NCBI GenBank assembly: GCA_963697335.1
Contig: CAVONQ010000007.1
Location: forward strand, 96,001 to 160,000
Reading direction: 5' to 3'
Source: an uncultured cyanobacterium
Lineage (GTDB): Bacteria > Cyanobacteriota > Cyanobacteriia > PCC-6307 > Cyanobiaceae
Length of the DNA: 64,000 nucleotides
Positions 9,938 through 19,921 of this stretch are shown one piece after another (the stretch's first letter is position 1; each line of letters starts with the position of its first letter). The position numbers were made by a program, and so were the translations under genes. Under the pieces are notes generated by a model. The model saw only the letters and a list, made by a program, of their open reading frames with translations, was not told the origin of the DNA and did not search any database.

Positions 9938-11233
9938 TTGATCGAGCGTTACACCCTGCCTGAGATGGCCACAATCTGGAGCGAGCAGGCCAAGTTCCAG
10001 AGCTGGCTTGACGTCGAGATCGCTGCCACCGCCGCCAACTGCGAGCTGGGTCGGGTGCCCGGCCAGGCCTTGGCCCAGATCAGGGAGAAGGCCAGCTTCA
10101 GCGTGGAGCGGATCCTGAGCATCGAGGCCGAGGTGCGCCATGACGTGATCGCCTTCCTCACCAATGTGAATGAACACGTGGGAGACGCGGGGCGCTACAT
10201 CCACGTGGGGATGACCAGCTCCGATGTGCTGGACACCGGGCTGGCGCTGCAGATGAAGGCCTCCGTGCAGGTGCTGCGCCAGGAACTGGATCAGCTGGTG
10301 GAGGCGCTGCGGAGCCTGGCCCGGCAGCACAAGGACACGGTGATGATCGGCCGCTCCCATGCGATTCACGGCGAACCGATCACCTTCGGGTTCAAGGTGG
10401 CCGGCTGGCTGGCCGAGACCCTGCGCAACCAGGAGCGGCTCGAGCGGCTCGAGCAGGTGGTGAGCGTGGGTCAGATCAGCGGCGCCATGGGCACCTATGC
10501 CAACACCGACCCCGAAGTGGAGGTCATCGCCTGCAGGCAGCTGGGTCTGGTGCCGGACACAGCCAGCACCCAGGTGATCGCCCGCGATCGCCATGCGGAA
10601 TACATTCAGACCCTGGCCCTGGTGGGAACCTCGCTAGAGCGCTTCTCCACCGAGATCCGCAATCTGCAGCGCACCGACGTGCTGGAGCTGGAAGAGAACT
10701 TCGCCAAGGGACAGAAGGGCAGCTCGGCCATGCCCCACAAGCGCAATCCGATCCGCAGCGAACGGATCAGCGGCCTGGCCAGGGTGCTGCGCAGCTACAC
10801 CGTGGCGGCCCTGGAAAACTGCGCCCTCTGGCATGAGCGCGACATCAGCCACAGCTCGGTGGAGCGCATGATGCTGCCGGATTGTTCCGCCACCCTGCAG
10901 TTCATGCTCAGGGAGATGACTGAGGTGGTGCAGGGTCTGGGGATCTACCCCGAGAACATGACTCGAAACATGAATATCTACGGGGGCGTCGTGTTCAGCC
11001 AGCGCGTCTTGCTTGCCTTGGTGGAATCGGGTCTCAACCGCGAAGAGGCCTACCGCCTTGTGCAGACCCACGCCCATGCGGCTTGGAACAGCGAAGCCGG
11101 TCATTTCCGTGACAATCTCGAGGGCGACCCAGCGGTGACAGGGCGTCTGACCACAGAGGCTCTAGCGGAATGTTTCTCCACGGAACTGCACCGAGAGAAT
11201 TTGACTGTGATCTGGCAGCGGCTCGGGATCTGA
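9938..11233 (+). CDS. purB: Adenylosuccinate lyase
   Basis: MIERY, RHDVIAF, GMTSSD, GRSHAIH, GSSAMPHKRNP, WHERDISHSS; 431 aa. Confidence 0.99.
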   Translation: MIERYTLPEMATIWSEQAKFQSWLDVEIAATAANCELGRVPGQALAQIREKASFSVERILSIEAEVRHDVIAFLTNVNEHVGDAGRYIHVGMTSSDVLDTGLALQMKASVQVLRQELDQLVEALRSLARQHKDTVMIGRSHAIHGEPITFGFKVAGWLAETLRNQERLERLEQVVSVGQISGAMGTYANTDPEVEVIACRQLGLVPDTASTQVIARDRHAEYIQTLALVGTSLERFSTEIRNLQRTDVLELEENFAKGQKGSSAMPHKRNPIRSERISGLARVLRSYTVAALENCALWHERDISHSSVERMMLPDCSATLQFMLREMTEVVQGLGIYPENMTRNMNIYGGVVFSQRVLLALVESGLNREEAYRLVQTHAHAAWNSEAGHFRDNLEGDPAVTGRLTTEALAECFSTELHRENLTVIWQRLGI

Positions 11234-11261
11234 ATCGATCCCGGCGTCCTACAATAGGGGC

Positions 11262-12582
11262 TCAGCGAGTAAGGATATTGTAAAGAGAGGCAGCATTCAA
11301 CAAGGGGCCGAGGGGTGCCACTGCCTGCGTCAGAGTGTCATTAAAGCGGGTCCAGTTGTTACGGGCCACCACGATCACGTCACCATTCCGCAGGGGAGGA
11401 TTGGCCTCCGAACCCAGGGCTGCAGAGGGGTTAAAGGCAACTTCCTTGGACAGTGATTGTACCATCAGCCTCCAACCGCAGCAGTCGGACGTTGGATGCT
11501 TTGGCGCGCTGGGGATCAAGGCCACCGGCGGCCATCACCGCATTGGTCAGAGGGCTATTTGATTTCACCTGCTTGACGCCGGGAAACTCTACTTCACCAA
11601 CGACATTGACCGAGATGGCGTCAGGAGCAAAGTTGGATGCCCCAGTGGCAATGAGGGCTTCATTGGAGCGAACCCCTTCCAGCTTGCCGACCCTAATCAT
11701 GTCACCGTCATTAATCAGCGGATTGACGACCTGCTGATTATTCATCAAGACGCTCAGGTAGTCGAAGTGATATTCGCGGGGTGACTCTCCAGGACCATTG
11801 CCTCGACGTACCAGCACCAGATTGGACAGATCCCCCAGGGCAGTGAGGCCCCCGGCCCGCTGAATCGCATCCACCATGGTGGGCCAGCCATAGGTGGCTA
11901 CGACAGTGCCCTCTACACCGGGGCCCGCCGCTCGCAGTGTTGAGGTCGATGGATCGCGGCTGAGGGTATAAAAGCCAGGACGCTCCAGCTGACCCACCAA
12001 CGAGACCCGCACCGGCCTCGGCGCGATCAGGTCGATGTAGACTAGGGGTCGACGCAGGATCGTGGAGTAAAGGCTTGTGATGCGCTGATTGGATTCATCT
12101 AGGGTCAAGCCCCACACATTCACCGACCCGATCCGAGGCAGGTTCACCGTGCCATCACTGAGAACCTCAGTTTCGGCGCCGTAACCATCAACCTTGAACA
12201 CAGAAATCCGCACCCGATCCCCAGGGGCCAGGCGATAGCGGAAATTGCTTGTCTCAGGGCTGAAGATGGCCCGGGTGGCCTGCTGGGTGGCGCGCGGTGG
12301 CTGCGCCACGGGTTCGGCCAGGATGCGGCTGGGAACGGGAGTGTCTGCTTGGGGGGCGGGTGCATCCCCGGACATCGGGTAAGCCTGGCGCTCGGCCAAC
12401 CAAGGGCCTGAAGTCTGCTTGATGGTTGTGGGGCGCTGCCGGCCTGCAGGCTGCTCCTGGCCTGCCTGAGCGGGGTTGCCCGGAACCATCAGGCCTGGAC
12501 TGGCGAGCAGAAGGCCTGCAGCCCCGATCCGCAGCGGAGCCTGCGCGGCAGCCGTCAAATGGACACGGATAGAGGGCAGCAT
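11262..12582 (-). pseudogene. Polysaccharide export protein (Wza/KpsD-like, SLBB repeats); +1 frameshift near 11450 as assembled
   Basis: YRLAPGDRV, DGTVNLPRIG, VSLVGQLERPG, VNVVGEVEFPG. The C-terminus (KEVAFNP...NPPLRNGDVIVV) continues in the next frame; removing one base gives ~439 aa. Confidence 0.85.
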
Positions 12583-12789
12583 CGAAACCTCGACGAACAC
12601 GCTGATCCCCAGCCACTACAGGCGGTTCAGCATTGGGCGTTCAGTGTAAGGGCAGAGTCTGATCTGATCCAGGTGACAGCCTCACAACCGGCAGGCCCCT
12701 GGTGCCCCCAGCCCTGGGCCTTGGTTCGGGGCCACCCCAGGTGGTTTCATGGGCAGCACGACGTCCACCTCGCTCAGCCCCAGCGACCA

Positions 12790-13764
12790 ATGATTCCCCT
12801 GAGCCGAGCACTGATTGATGACATCAAGCCATTCTATTTTTTTTCCAACTACGGACTAACCCTCTTTCTGATTCCGGGAAACACTTTTGAAAACTTTTCG
12901 GACGAAGTTGGCCTGCTCCGAGAGTTAACCTACAGGCAGAAGCTGTCTGGGTCTGGGAACAACAAGGACCTGGATGGCAGAGATCCCTTTTACGATCATT
13001 TCATCCTGGTTGATGATGCCACATTTGCACTAGCCGGGACAGCCCGTCTACAGTTTGTGCCAGCCCAGAATCCCTCATCAGCCCCCAGCACCGGCAGCCT
13101 TACCCACAGCTCAGCAACGTCATATCTTGAGCACGTCTACCCAGGGATCAAGAACTTTCTGATTACCCGCGGCAGCCACCTCGAAATCGGCAGAGTTGCC
13201 ATCTCACCAGCATTCCAGAGGCAACCGGCCTCGCTGATGACCCTGTTCCGGGGAGGCCTTCAAGCAGCTACCGCTTCAGGCTACACAGCAGTTTATGGAT
13301 TAGTGTCTTATAATCACTTTCAATACCCAGGGAGTGTGAACGATTTTTTTCTTCGCTCCCTGATGCTCTCTCCTTTCAGGGACGACAACACCGACATCCC
13401 TCCAGCCCGCTACCCGAGGGGATTCCGCGGCGATGAGCGTCACGCCGATGGTAGCTGCCAATCCATTCAGAAGCTGGAAGGCGAAACCCAGAAGCAGCTG
13501 GCCAGCTTCAAGCTGCCGGTGTTGTTACGCCAATACATCAACCTCATGGGAGCCAAAACCCATGATATTTCCGTCGCCAAAGACTTTAATCAGATCACGG
13601 AGATTCTGATGACAGCCGACCTCACCAAGGTCCCCCGGCGCCGGCTGCAGCATTTCGTCGGCTTTGGCCACGCGCCGGTCTACCGCCAGTTTCCCTGGTT
13701 CCGTGGGCCTTCTGGATCAGACCCAAGCGATGCAAGGCCTGCTGGCAAACCCTTGAGTCAATGA
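12790..13764 (+). CDS. GNAT-family acyl-ACP N-acyltransferase (OlsB / OlsF-C-terminal-like)
   Basis: EVGLLRELTYR...SG..KDLDGRDPFYDHFILVD, LEIGRVAISPAFQR, LPVLLRQYINL, DFN motifs. ATG at 12790. Confidence 0.8.
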   Translation: MIPLSRALIDDIKPFYFFSNYGLTLFLIPGNTFENFSDEVGLLRELTYRQKLSGSGNNKDLDGRDPFYDHFILVDDATFALAGTARLQFVPAQNPSSAPSTGSLTHSSATSYLEHVYPGIKNFLITRGSHLEIGRVAISPAFQRQPASLMTLFRGGLQAATASGYTAVYGLVSYNHFQYPGSVNDFFLRSLMLSPFRDDNTDIPPARYPRGFRGDERHADGSCQSIQKLEGETQKQLASFKLPVLLRQYINLMGAKTHDISVAKDFNQITEILMTADLTKVPRRRLQHFVGFGHAPVYRQFPWFRGPSGSDPSDARPAGKPLSQ

Positions 13765-13824
13765 TAAAATACTGTATGCAGCACACTTGATCGCCCAGCT
13801 CCAGCTCGTCATAGTAGCAAACTC

Positions 13825-14172
13825 TTGACAGATTCAGCCACCCCAAAATCCAACGAAGGACTGCCATCCTCCGAAGGCCACCTGCAATCCAACATCAGCC
13901 TTCCTCTCACCGAGGCTGAGATACTGGCTGGCTTGAAAGATATTTTGGCGCGCATCGCCGGGGCCGATCCTGAGGGAATTGAGCTCGACGCCCTGATCAT
14001 TGATGACGTCGGTGTTGATTCCCTTGGTTTCTACGAGATTTTGATCGAAGCTGATGAAACCATGGGCATCAAGATCGAAGAGAAGGATCTTCTTACTTTC
14101 AAAACCGTACGCGATATCGTTGACTACGTCACGTCCCGATCCGGCACCCTGACCCAGCCAGCTCCGCGCTGA
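13825..14172 (+). CDS. Dedicated acyl carrier protein
   Basis: Acidic; DDVGVDSL phosphopantetheine Ser motif; KTVRDIVDYV. Start uncertain. Confidence 0.9.
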   Translation: MTDSATPKSNEGLPSSEGHLQSNISLPLTEAEILAGLKDILARIAGADPEGIELDALIIDDVGVDSLGFYEILIEADETMGIKIEEKDLLTFKTVRDIVDYVTSRSGTLTQPAPR

Positions 14173-14273
14173 GAGTCCCAGGGTCAACCAACCGGGTCGG
14201 AACAGCGGCTTCAAAGCCGTAAGCCCAGCCGCGTAGGTTTGGCCATGTTTCGCGTCGAGCGCTGAACCCAGCC

Positions 14274-15524
14274 GTGGCCAAGGAGAGGATCGCCATCACG
14301 GGCATGGGAGCTCTCTCTCCCCTGGGTGTCGGGGTGGAGAGCAGTTGGCAGGCCTATCTCGGGGGCCGCTCCGGGATCAGCCCCCTGGTGGAGGACTGGG
14401 CCCAGGACCTCCCATCCCGCGTGGCTGGGGTCATCCCAGGAGATCCCACGGCCCAGCTGGAACCCCTGCTCAGGCGCCGGCTCGATCGCTGCTCCCAGCT
14501 CGCCCTGCTCGCAGCCCGTGAAGCCTGGCAGCAGTCAGGCCTGGGCGCAACGGACCCGTCGCCTGAACGCCGGGTTGCGGTGGTGGTGGGCTGCGGCATC
14601 GGCGGTCTGGAGACCATGGGGCAGCAGTACCGGATCCTGCTGGAGCGGGGCCCCTCGCGGGTGAATCCGGTAACGGTGCCGATGCTGATTCCCAATGCGG
14701 GGGCAGGGCAGATCAGCATTGCCCTCGGTGCCCACGGCGGCGCTCACACGCCGGTTTCGGCCTGTGCTTCCTCCGCCGAAGCCCTGCTCTGGGCCCTGAT
14801 GCTGCTGCGCGATGACCGGGCCGATGTGGTGGTGGCGGGGGGGTCGGAGGCCCCCGTGAACCAACTGGGCCTGGCGGGCTTCAGTGCCATGCGCGCCCTC
14901 TCCACCCGTAACAGCACACCGGGGCTGGCCTCCAGCCCCTATGGCCTGGATCGGGATGGCTTCGTGATCGCTGAGGGGGCCGGCATTCTGGTTCTGGAGC
15001 GCGAGGCCGATGCCCACGCCCGCGGCGCCCGCTGTGAGGCATTCCTGCTCGATGCGGGCAGCACCGCCGATGCCCATCACATGGTGTCCCCCGAACCCCA
15101 TGGCACCCAGGCCCGGGCCGCCATGCAGCAGGCCCTGCGGCGCAGCGATCTGGCCGTGGCGGATCTGAGTTTCATCCAGGCCCATGCCACGGGCACGGCC
15201 ATGGGCGATCTGGCGGAAGCCCAGGCGATCGGTGGACTTCTGAAAAAAGCCAACGCGCCCCTACCGGTGACGGCACCGAAAGGACAATTCGGCCACATGC
15301 TTGGCGGGGCCGGCGCGGTGGAAACCATCATGGCCATCAGGTCCCTGGCCAGCGGGCAGGTTCCTGTGAGCGCCAACAGTCAGCCCCAGGATCCCGCCGT
15401 AGAGCTCCACCTAGTCCAGGGGGAACCCACCCGGCTTACGGTGCCGGTTGAGCAACGCTGTGTGCTCAAAAATGCGTTTGGCTTTGGTGGGCACAACATT
15501 GCCCTGGTGTTGCAGGGGGCCTGA
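14274..15524 (+). CDS. fabF: Beta-ketoacyl-ACP synthase II (FabF-like)
   Basis: Cys-His-His triad in SACASS, QAHATGT and GHMLGGAG; DGFVIAEGAG; NAFGFGGHN. Confidence 0.93.
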   Translation: MAKERIAITGMGALSPLGVGVESSWQAYLGGRSGISPLVEDWAQDLPSRVAGVIPGDPTAQLEPLLRRRLDRCSQLALLAAREAWQQSGLGATDPSPERRVAVVVGCGIGGLETMGQQYRILLERGPSRVNPVTVPMLIPNAGAGQISIALGAHGGAHTPVSACASSAEALLWALMLLRDDRADVVVAGGSEAPVNQLGLAGFSAMRALSTRNSTPGLASSPYGLDRDGFVIAEGAGILVLEREADAHARGARCEAFLLDAGSTADAHHMVSPEPHGTQARAAMQQALRRSDLAVADLSFIQAHATGTAMGDLAEAQAIGGLLKKANAPLPVTAPKGQFGHMLGGAGAVETIMAIRSLASGQVPVSANSQPQDPAVELHLVQGEPTRLTVPVEQRCVLKNAFGFGGHNIALVLQGA

Positions 15525-17576
15525 TCAGCTGGCCACATGGTGATGACGCTCGGCCCAGCCGGCCGCATCCTGGGAGTAGTAGTCCATCACGCGGCGGGAG
15601 AAACCCTCCCGATGGTTCTCCTCGGCTGGCAACCTGAGATCCTCGGGACGCCCCTGGCGGCAGTGGAGCACGACCCGTGGGGCCGTGAGTCGCTGGGCCA
15701 GCAGGCGCAGTGGTTTGTAGAGCGCCCCAGCCTCGATGCCCTCCAGCCCCCTGTACTCAAACCACCACGGCACCACCGTGGCCCGATGGCGACGGGCCAG
15801 CAGATAGGCACTGGCGGAAGCGCGCTGCAGGATCGACGTCCTCAGGGAACCGTTGGGCGCGATCATCAACTGGCCGTGGCGCTCCAGCACCTGCGACGAC
15901 CTCCAAAGTGTGCTGCGCCGTTGATCGGGATGGCGATGATCCAGGAGCACATGGCCGGCATTGGTGGCGGAACGGTCAAAGAACGGCAGCAACCGGTTCA
16001 GGTGCAACCCTGAGGTGGTGACCGCGGGAATCTGCAGATAGCCCTGGATGGCGAACACGTCAAAGGGGCTGTTGTGATTCCAGATATGGATGCGTCGGCA
16101 CTGATCATCCTGGAGCAACAGGCTGTCGTCCACAATCACGTCAATGCCCACAGCGCGCAGGCCGAAGCGGGCCACCACGGTGAGCAAGCTTCGGGCCAGC
16201 CGCCTCAGCCTCAGAGTGAGAGCGATCAGCTCCAAGGCATAGGCCGCATACATGGCCCCGAAGCAGAACAGGCGATAGATCACCCGCAGGGGCACCACCC
16301 AGCCCAGCCTGGTGGCCTTGGGCCGGCCCAGCTGGGCTGGGCTGGACCGCGCCGAAAGAGCCACCGGCAACGTCTCGCGAAAAGGGAATTCACCGTCAAA
16401 GTTGCCGTTGATCTGGGTGGTGGTGACCAGGTGGTTGTAGAAGCGATAGAACAACGGTCGACTGCTGGTCTGGGGCGAGGCCCAGAAACCATCGAGTGGC
16501 TGTTGATCAGTAAGGCCGGGCAGGTTGTAGAACGTCTGCCCCATCACTTTGGTGGCTGCCGCGTGGAAGAGGGCCTGCAGTCCCACTGTGCTATTCACGG
16601 TGACCACGCCGCGACAGGTGCGGATGAAGGCACTGAGGGGACCATCATGGAAGTAATGAACCCGACCAGCGACACCTTCACGCTCGGCCAGAAGGTGAAT
16701 CAATGATTTGTAATTGTTGTAACCGCGATCGCGGGGATGGTGCTTGAAGGCAAGATGGTCGGATGGGTGAGCATGGGCAGCAAAGGACACGACCACTGTT
16801 TCAATGAAATCGTGCATGCCACGAAAGCCTGACCCTGTGGTGATCTGGGAGTCACTTGAAACCTGAAGAACGGCCAGAAAGAACGACAGGTTTTCGACCA
16901 ACAATTGCTTGAGCTTGCGTTCCTGCAGCCGATACATCCAGTAGCGCACCGAGCCCCGCAGTTGGCACCAGAGAAAGGCTGGCGAGGGCTGCAGCTTATG
17001 CTCCCCTTCAATGATCCTGTAGCGCGTGAAGGCGTGCTGGATGAAGGTGGGTGCTTTCCAGATCTTGCGCCAGCGCCATCCAGGATCAAGGCGTGCCTGG
17101 GGCAGATGGGCCACCGCTGGCAGAGCCTCGTAGAAACTCACCGGCTGGTTGAGATTGGAACGGCAGTTGACGCGATCACGCTCCAGAGTGACATAGTTCG
17201 GCCTGACGTAACCCAGCTCAAAAACATAAGCATCAACGTTCAGGCTGTGGGCCACCTCAATGGCCAGGCGATGGGGATCAATAAAGTCGCCATACATAAA
17301 CAGGTGGCGGATTCCCTTTTCCTGAATCACCTCTCGCAGAAAAGAGGGCCATTCCTCCATGGAACCTGAAAACGGAATCCTGGCCTGCCGAGGAAATCCG
17401 AATTCGTGCAGCGGATAGGAAATCTTGTAAACCGGCACACCGCAATCGTGCAGATATCGCCAAAGGCGCGAGAAGAACAGACCGATCGGGCCCATCAGGA
17501 GCAGCACCGGGCCTTCGATCTGAATCTGAACGCTGGCCAATGCCACACCTGCGGCCGGATGAACGCATTCTCCCAT
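15525..17576 (-). CDS. kpsS: KpsS-like capsule priming transferase fused to a C-terminal PlsC-type acyltransferase domain
   Basis: KpsS motifs LLLMGPIG, FELGYVRP, LQVSSDSQI, KHHPRDRG, VTVNSTVG, TQINGNF; then a hydrophobic helix; then IWNHNSPFD (HxxxxD), IAPNGS, VVP. Confidence 0.85.
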   Translation of the reverse strand: MGECVHPAAGVALASVQIQIEGPVLLLMGPIGLFFSRLWRYLHDCGVPVYKISYPLHEFGFPRQARIPFSGSMEEWPSFLREVIQEKGIRHLFMYGDFIDPHRLAIEVAHSLNVDAYVFELGYVRPNYVTLERDRVNCRSNLNQPVSFYEALPAVAHLPQARLDPGWRWRKIWKAPTFIQHAFTRYRIIEGEHKLQPSPAFLWCQLRGSVRYWMYRLQERKLKQLLVENLSFFLAVLQVSSDSQITTGSGFRGMHDFIETVVVSFAAHAHPSDHLAFKHHPRDRGYNNYKSLIHLLAEREGVAGRVHYFHDGPLSAFIRTCRGVVTVNSTVGLQALFHAAATKVMGQTFYNLPGLTDQQPLDGFWASPQTSSRPLFYRFYNHLVTTTQINGNFDGEFPFRETLPVALSARSSPAQLGRPKATRLGWVVPLRVIYRLFCFGAMYAAYALELIALTLRLRRLARSLLTVVARFGLRAVGIDVIVDDSLLLQDDQCRRIHIWNHNSPFDVFAIQGYLQIPAVTTSGLHLNRLLPFFDRSATNAGHVLLDHRHPDQRRSTLWRSSQVLERHGQLMIAPNGSLRTSILQRASASAYLLARRHRATVVPWWFEYRGLEGIEAGALYKPLRLLAQRLTAPRVVLHCRQGRPEDLRLPAEENHREGFSRRVMDYYSQDAAGWAERHHHVAS

Positions 17577-17685
17577 GCTGCACCGGCCGGGCCGGGCTGA
17601 AACCCAGTGCTGACAGGCACTGAGGCAGGTGATGGGTCCTCGGGACAAGGCGTAGGATCTGTCAAAACAATCTTCGGGACAAAGG

Positions 17686-19887
17686 ATGGGGTCCAGCCCT
17701 CAGTCGGCCGCTTCCCCGCTCCTGCCCAGCCCCAGTCCCGACCCTGCGGCCGCCGCCGCAACCAGTGCTGCCTACGGCGGCCCGGGACCGTTGATCGGCC
17801 TTCCCGACCCCCTCGTGCTGGCCCACACCACCCTGGAGGCGTTGCTGGCTCCGGCCAGGGTCGTGGTGGGGCGCCGTGCCTGCAGGCGCAGCGACCTGGA
17901 GGCGTTGCTGGTGTGGGGACGGCGCCGCAGCGGGCTCTGGGGCGAACGAGAGGCCGTGCGCCGTGACCTGCCCCTGTGGCGCGTCGAGGACGCCTTCCTG
18001 CGCTCGGTGGATCCAGGGCCCAAGGCACCACCGCTTGGCATCCTGCTGGACGATCGGGGGATCCACTACGACGCCTCCGGGCCCAGCAGGCTGGAGACCC
18101 TGATCGCCTCGGGCCTGGGGCCTGCCCAGCAGCAGCGTGCCCGGCAGCTGGCGGCAGCCTGGCGGGAGCACCGGGTCAGCAAGCTGAACGGGTCCCGGGA
18201 GTCGCCGCCCCCCGATGGCCCCTTCGTGCTGGTGGTGGATCAGGTGGCGGGCGATGCCGCCATCCGCCACGGCGCCGCCTCCGCAGCCAGCTTCCTGGCG
18301 ATGCTCGAGGCAGCACTGCAGGACTTTCCCACTCACCAGGTCGTGCTGAAGACCCACCCCGACGTGGTGAGCGGGCGGCGCCGGGGGCATTTCCCGGCGG
18401 AGGTCTTCCAGCACCCCAGGGTGCTGGCCTGTGCCGATGGGGGCCATCCGGCGGCCCTGCTGGAAGCCGCCAGCGCCGTGTATGTGGTCACCTCTCAGAT
18501 GGGTTTCGAGGCCATGATCTGGGGGCGGCCCGTGCACTGCTTCGGCATGCCCTTCTACGCCGGCTGGGGGCTCAGCCACGACCGCCTGCCCGCGCCAGAC
18601 CAGGCGGCCCGGGCAAAAGGCGCCCGCGCAGGAGGTGCCCAGCTGGAGAATCTGGTGCATGCCTGCCTGGTGGGGTACGCCCGCTACCTCAACCCCGAAA
18701 CCCGCCAGCCCACCAGTCCGGAGGCTCTGATCGCCCATATCGGCCTGCAGCGGCGCCAGCGGGCCGCGGTGCCCCCGGCCCTGGAGGTGTTCGGGGTCGC
18801 CGGCTGGAAACGCCAGGCCGTGCGCCGCTTTCAGCGCACCCTCAGTCCAGGCCGACTTCGCTTTCGCCCCTTCCATGCCAGGCCGACCCGGGAGGCCGGT
18901 TGGCGCTGCCTGGTGTGGGGCAACCGGGTGGGGCTGGGACTGCGCAAGGCTGGCAGCCCCCTGATCCACGCCGAAGACGGCTTTCTGCGCTCAGTGGGGC
19001 AGGGATGGTGGCTGCGCTGGGTGCCGCCGGTGTCCTGGGTGGTGGACCACTCCGGCATCTACTACGACGCCTCCTGCGCCTGCGACCTGGAGACCTTCCT
19101 GGCCGAACACCACTTCACGGCCGCCGAGCGACAGCGGGCAGCGGCCCTGCGGCAGCGGATCGTGGCGGCGGGGGTGACGAAATACAACCTTCGCGCACCC
19201 CTGTGGAGCCGTCCCTCAGACCTGGGCCGCAGACAGGTGCGCCTGGTGCCCGGCCAGGTGGAGGTGGACCTCTCGATCCGTTACGGCGTGCCGAAGCAGG
19301 CCAGTGTGCGCAGCAATCTGCAGCTGCTGCAAGCGGTGCGGGCGGCCTATCCGGACGATTTCCTGATCTACAAGCCCCATCCGGATGTGGTCTCCGGGCG
19401 TCAGAAACCCGGCCCAGGGGAACCGGAGGCTCACCGCCACTGCGATCTGGTGCTGGTCGAGGCGCCGATGGACCATCTGCTCCAGGAGGTGGACAGCGTG
19501 CACGTGCGCACCTCGATCACCGGCTTCGAAGCCCTGCTGCGGGGCATCCCTGTGGAGACCTGGGGCATGCCCTTCTATGCCGGCTGGGGGCTCAGCCGCG
19601 ACCAGCTGCAGTGCGAGCGGCGGGGCCGGGCCCTGGTGCTCGATGACCTGGTCTATGGCGCCCTGATCCACTATCCGATCTATCTGAGCCAGGGCTCGGG
19701 GGACTTCACCACGCCGGAGCGGGCCGTGGAGGAGCTGGGGCTGCTGCGCCGCGATCCCGGCGCCTTCCCCACCGCCCTGCCCCGCTGGCTGGAGCTGCTG
19801 GGGCTGGATCCGCCGCCGGAGCTGCGCTTCCGGCTGGCCCAGATCCGAGCGCGGCTGCGTGCCTGGAGCCCCGATGGGCGCTGCTAG
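17686..19887 (+). CDS. kpsC: Capsule biosynthesis protein KpsC (two-domain beta-Kdo-transferase-like)
   Basis: Duplicated motif sets: EDAFLRS/EDGFLRS, GIHYDAS/GIYYDAS, DQVAGD/GQVEVD, KTHPD/KPHPD, GFEA, MPFYAGWGLS. Confidence 0.95.
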   Translation: MGSSPQSAASPLLPSPSPDPAAAAATSAAYGGPGPLIGLPDPLVLAHTTLEALLAPARVVVGRRACRRSDLEALLVWGRRRSGLWGEREAVRRDLPLWRVEDAFLRSVDPGPKAPPLGILLDDRGIHYDASGPSRLETLIASGLGPAQQQRARQLAAAWREHRVSKLNGSRESPPPDGPFVLVVDQVAGDAAIRHGAASAASFLAMLEAALQDFPTHQVVLKTHPDVVSGRRRGHFPAEVFQHPRVLACADGGHPAALLEAASAVYVVTSQMGFEAMIWGRPVHCFGMPFYAGWGLSHDRLPAPDQAARAKGARAGGAQLENLVHACLVGYARYLNPETRQPTSPEALIAHIGLQRRQRAAVPPALEVFGVAGWKRQAVRRFQRTLSPGRLRFRPFHARPTREAGWRCLVWGNRVGLGLRKAGSPLIHAEDGFLRSVGQGWWLRWVPPVSWVVDHSGIYYDASCACDLETFLAEHHFTAAERQRAAALRQRIVAAGVTKYNLRAPLWSRPSDLGRRQVRLVPGQVEVDLSIRYGVPKQASVRSNLQLLQAVRAAYPDDFLIYKPHPDVVSGRQKPGPGEPEAHRHCDLVLVEAPMDHLLQEVDSVHVRTSITGFEALLRGIPVETWGMPFYAGWGLSRDQLQCERRGRALVLDDLVYGALIHYPIYLSQGSGDFTTPERAVEELGLLRRDPGAFPTALPRWLELLGLDPPPELRFRLAQIRARLRAWSPDGRC

Positions 19888-19921
19888 GTTCGGGCTCAGT
19901 GCGGACCCCGGAGTCCTGGGG

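Noticed and set aside
17976..19646. 556 aa alternate-frame ORF within kpsC
   Set aside because: Low-complexity A/G/P/R off-frame translation.
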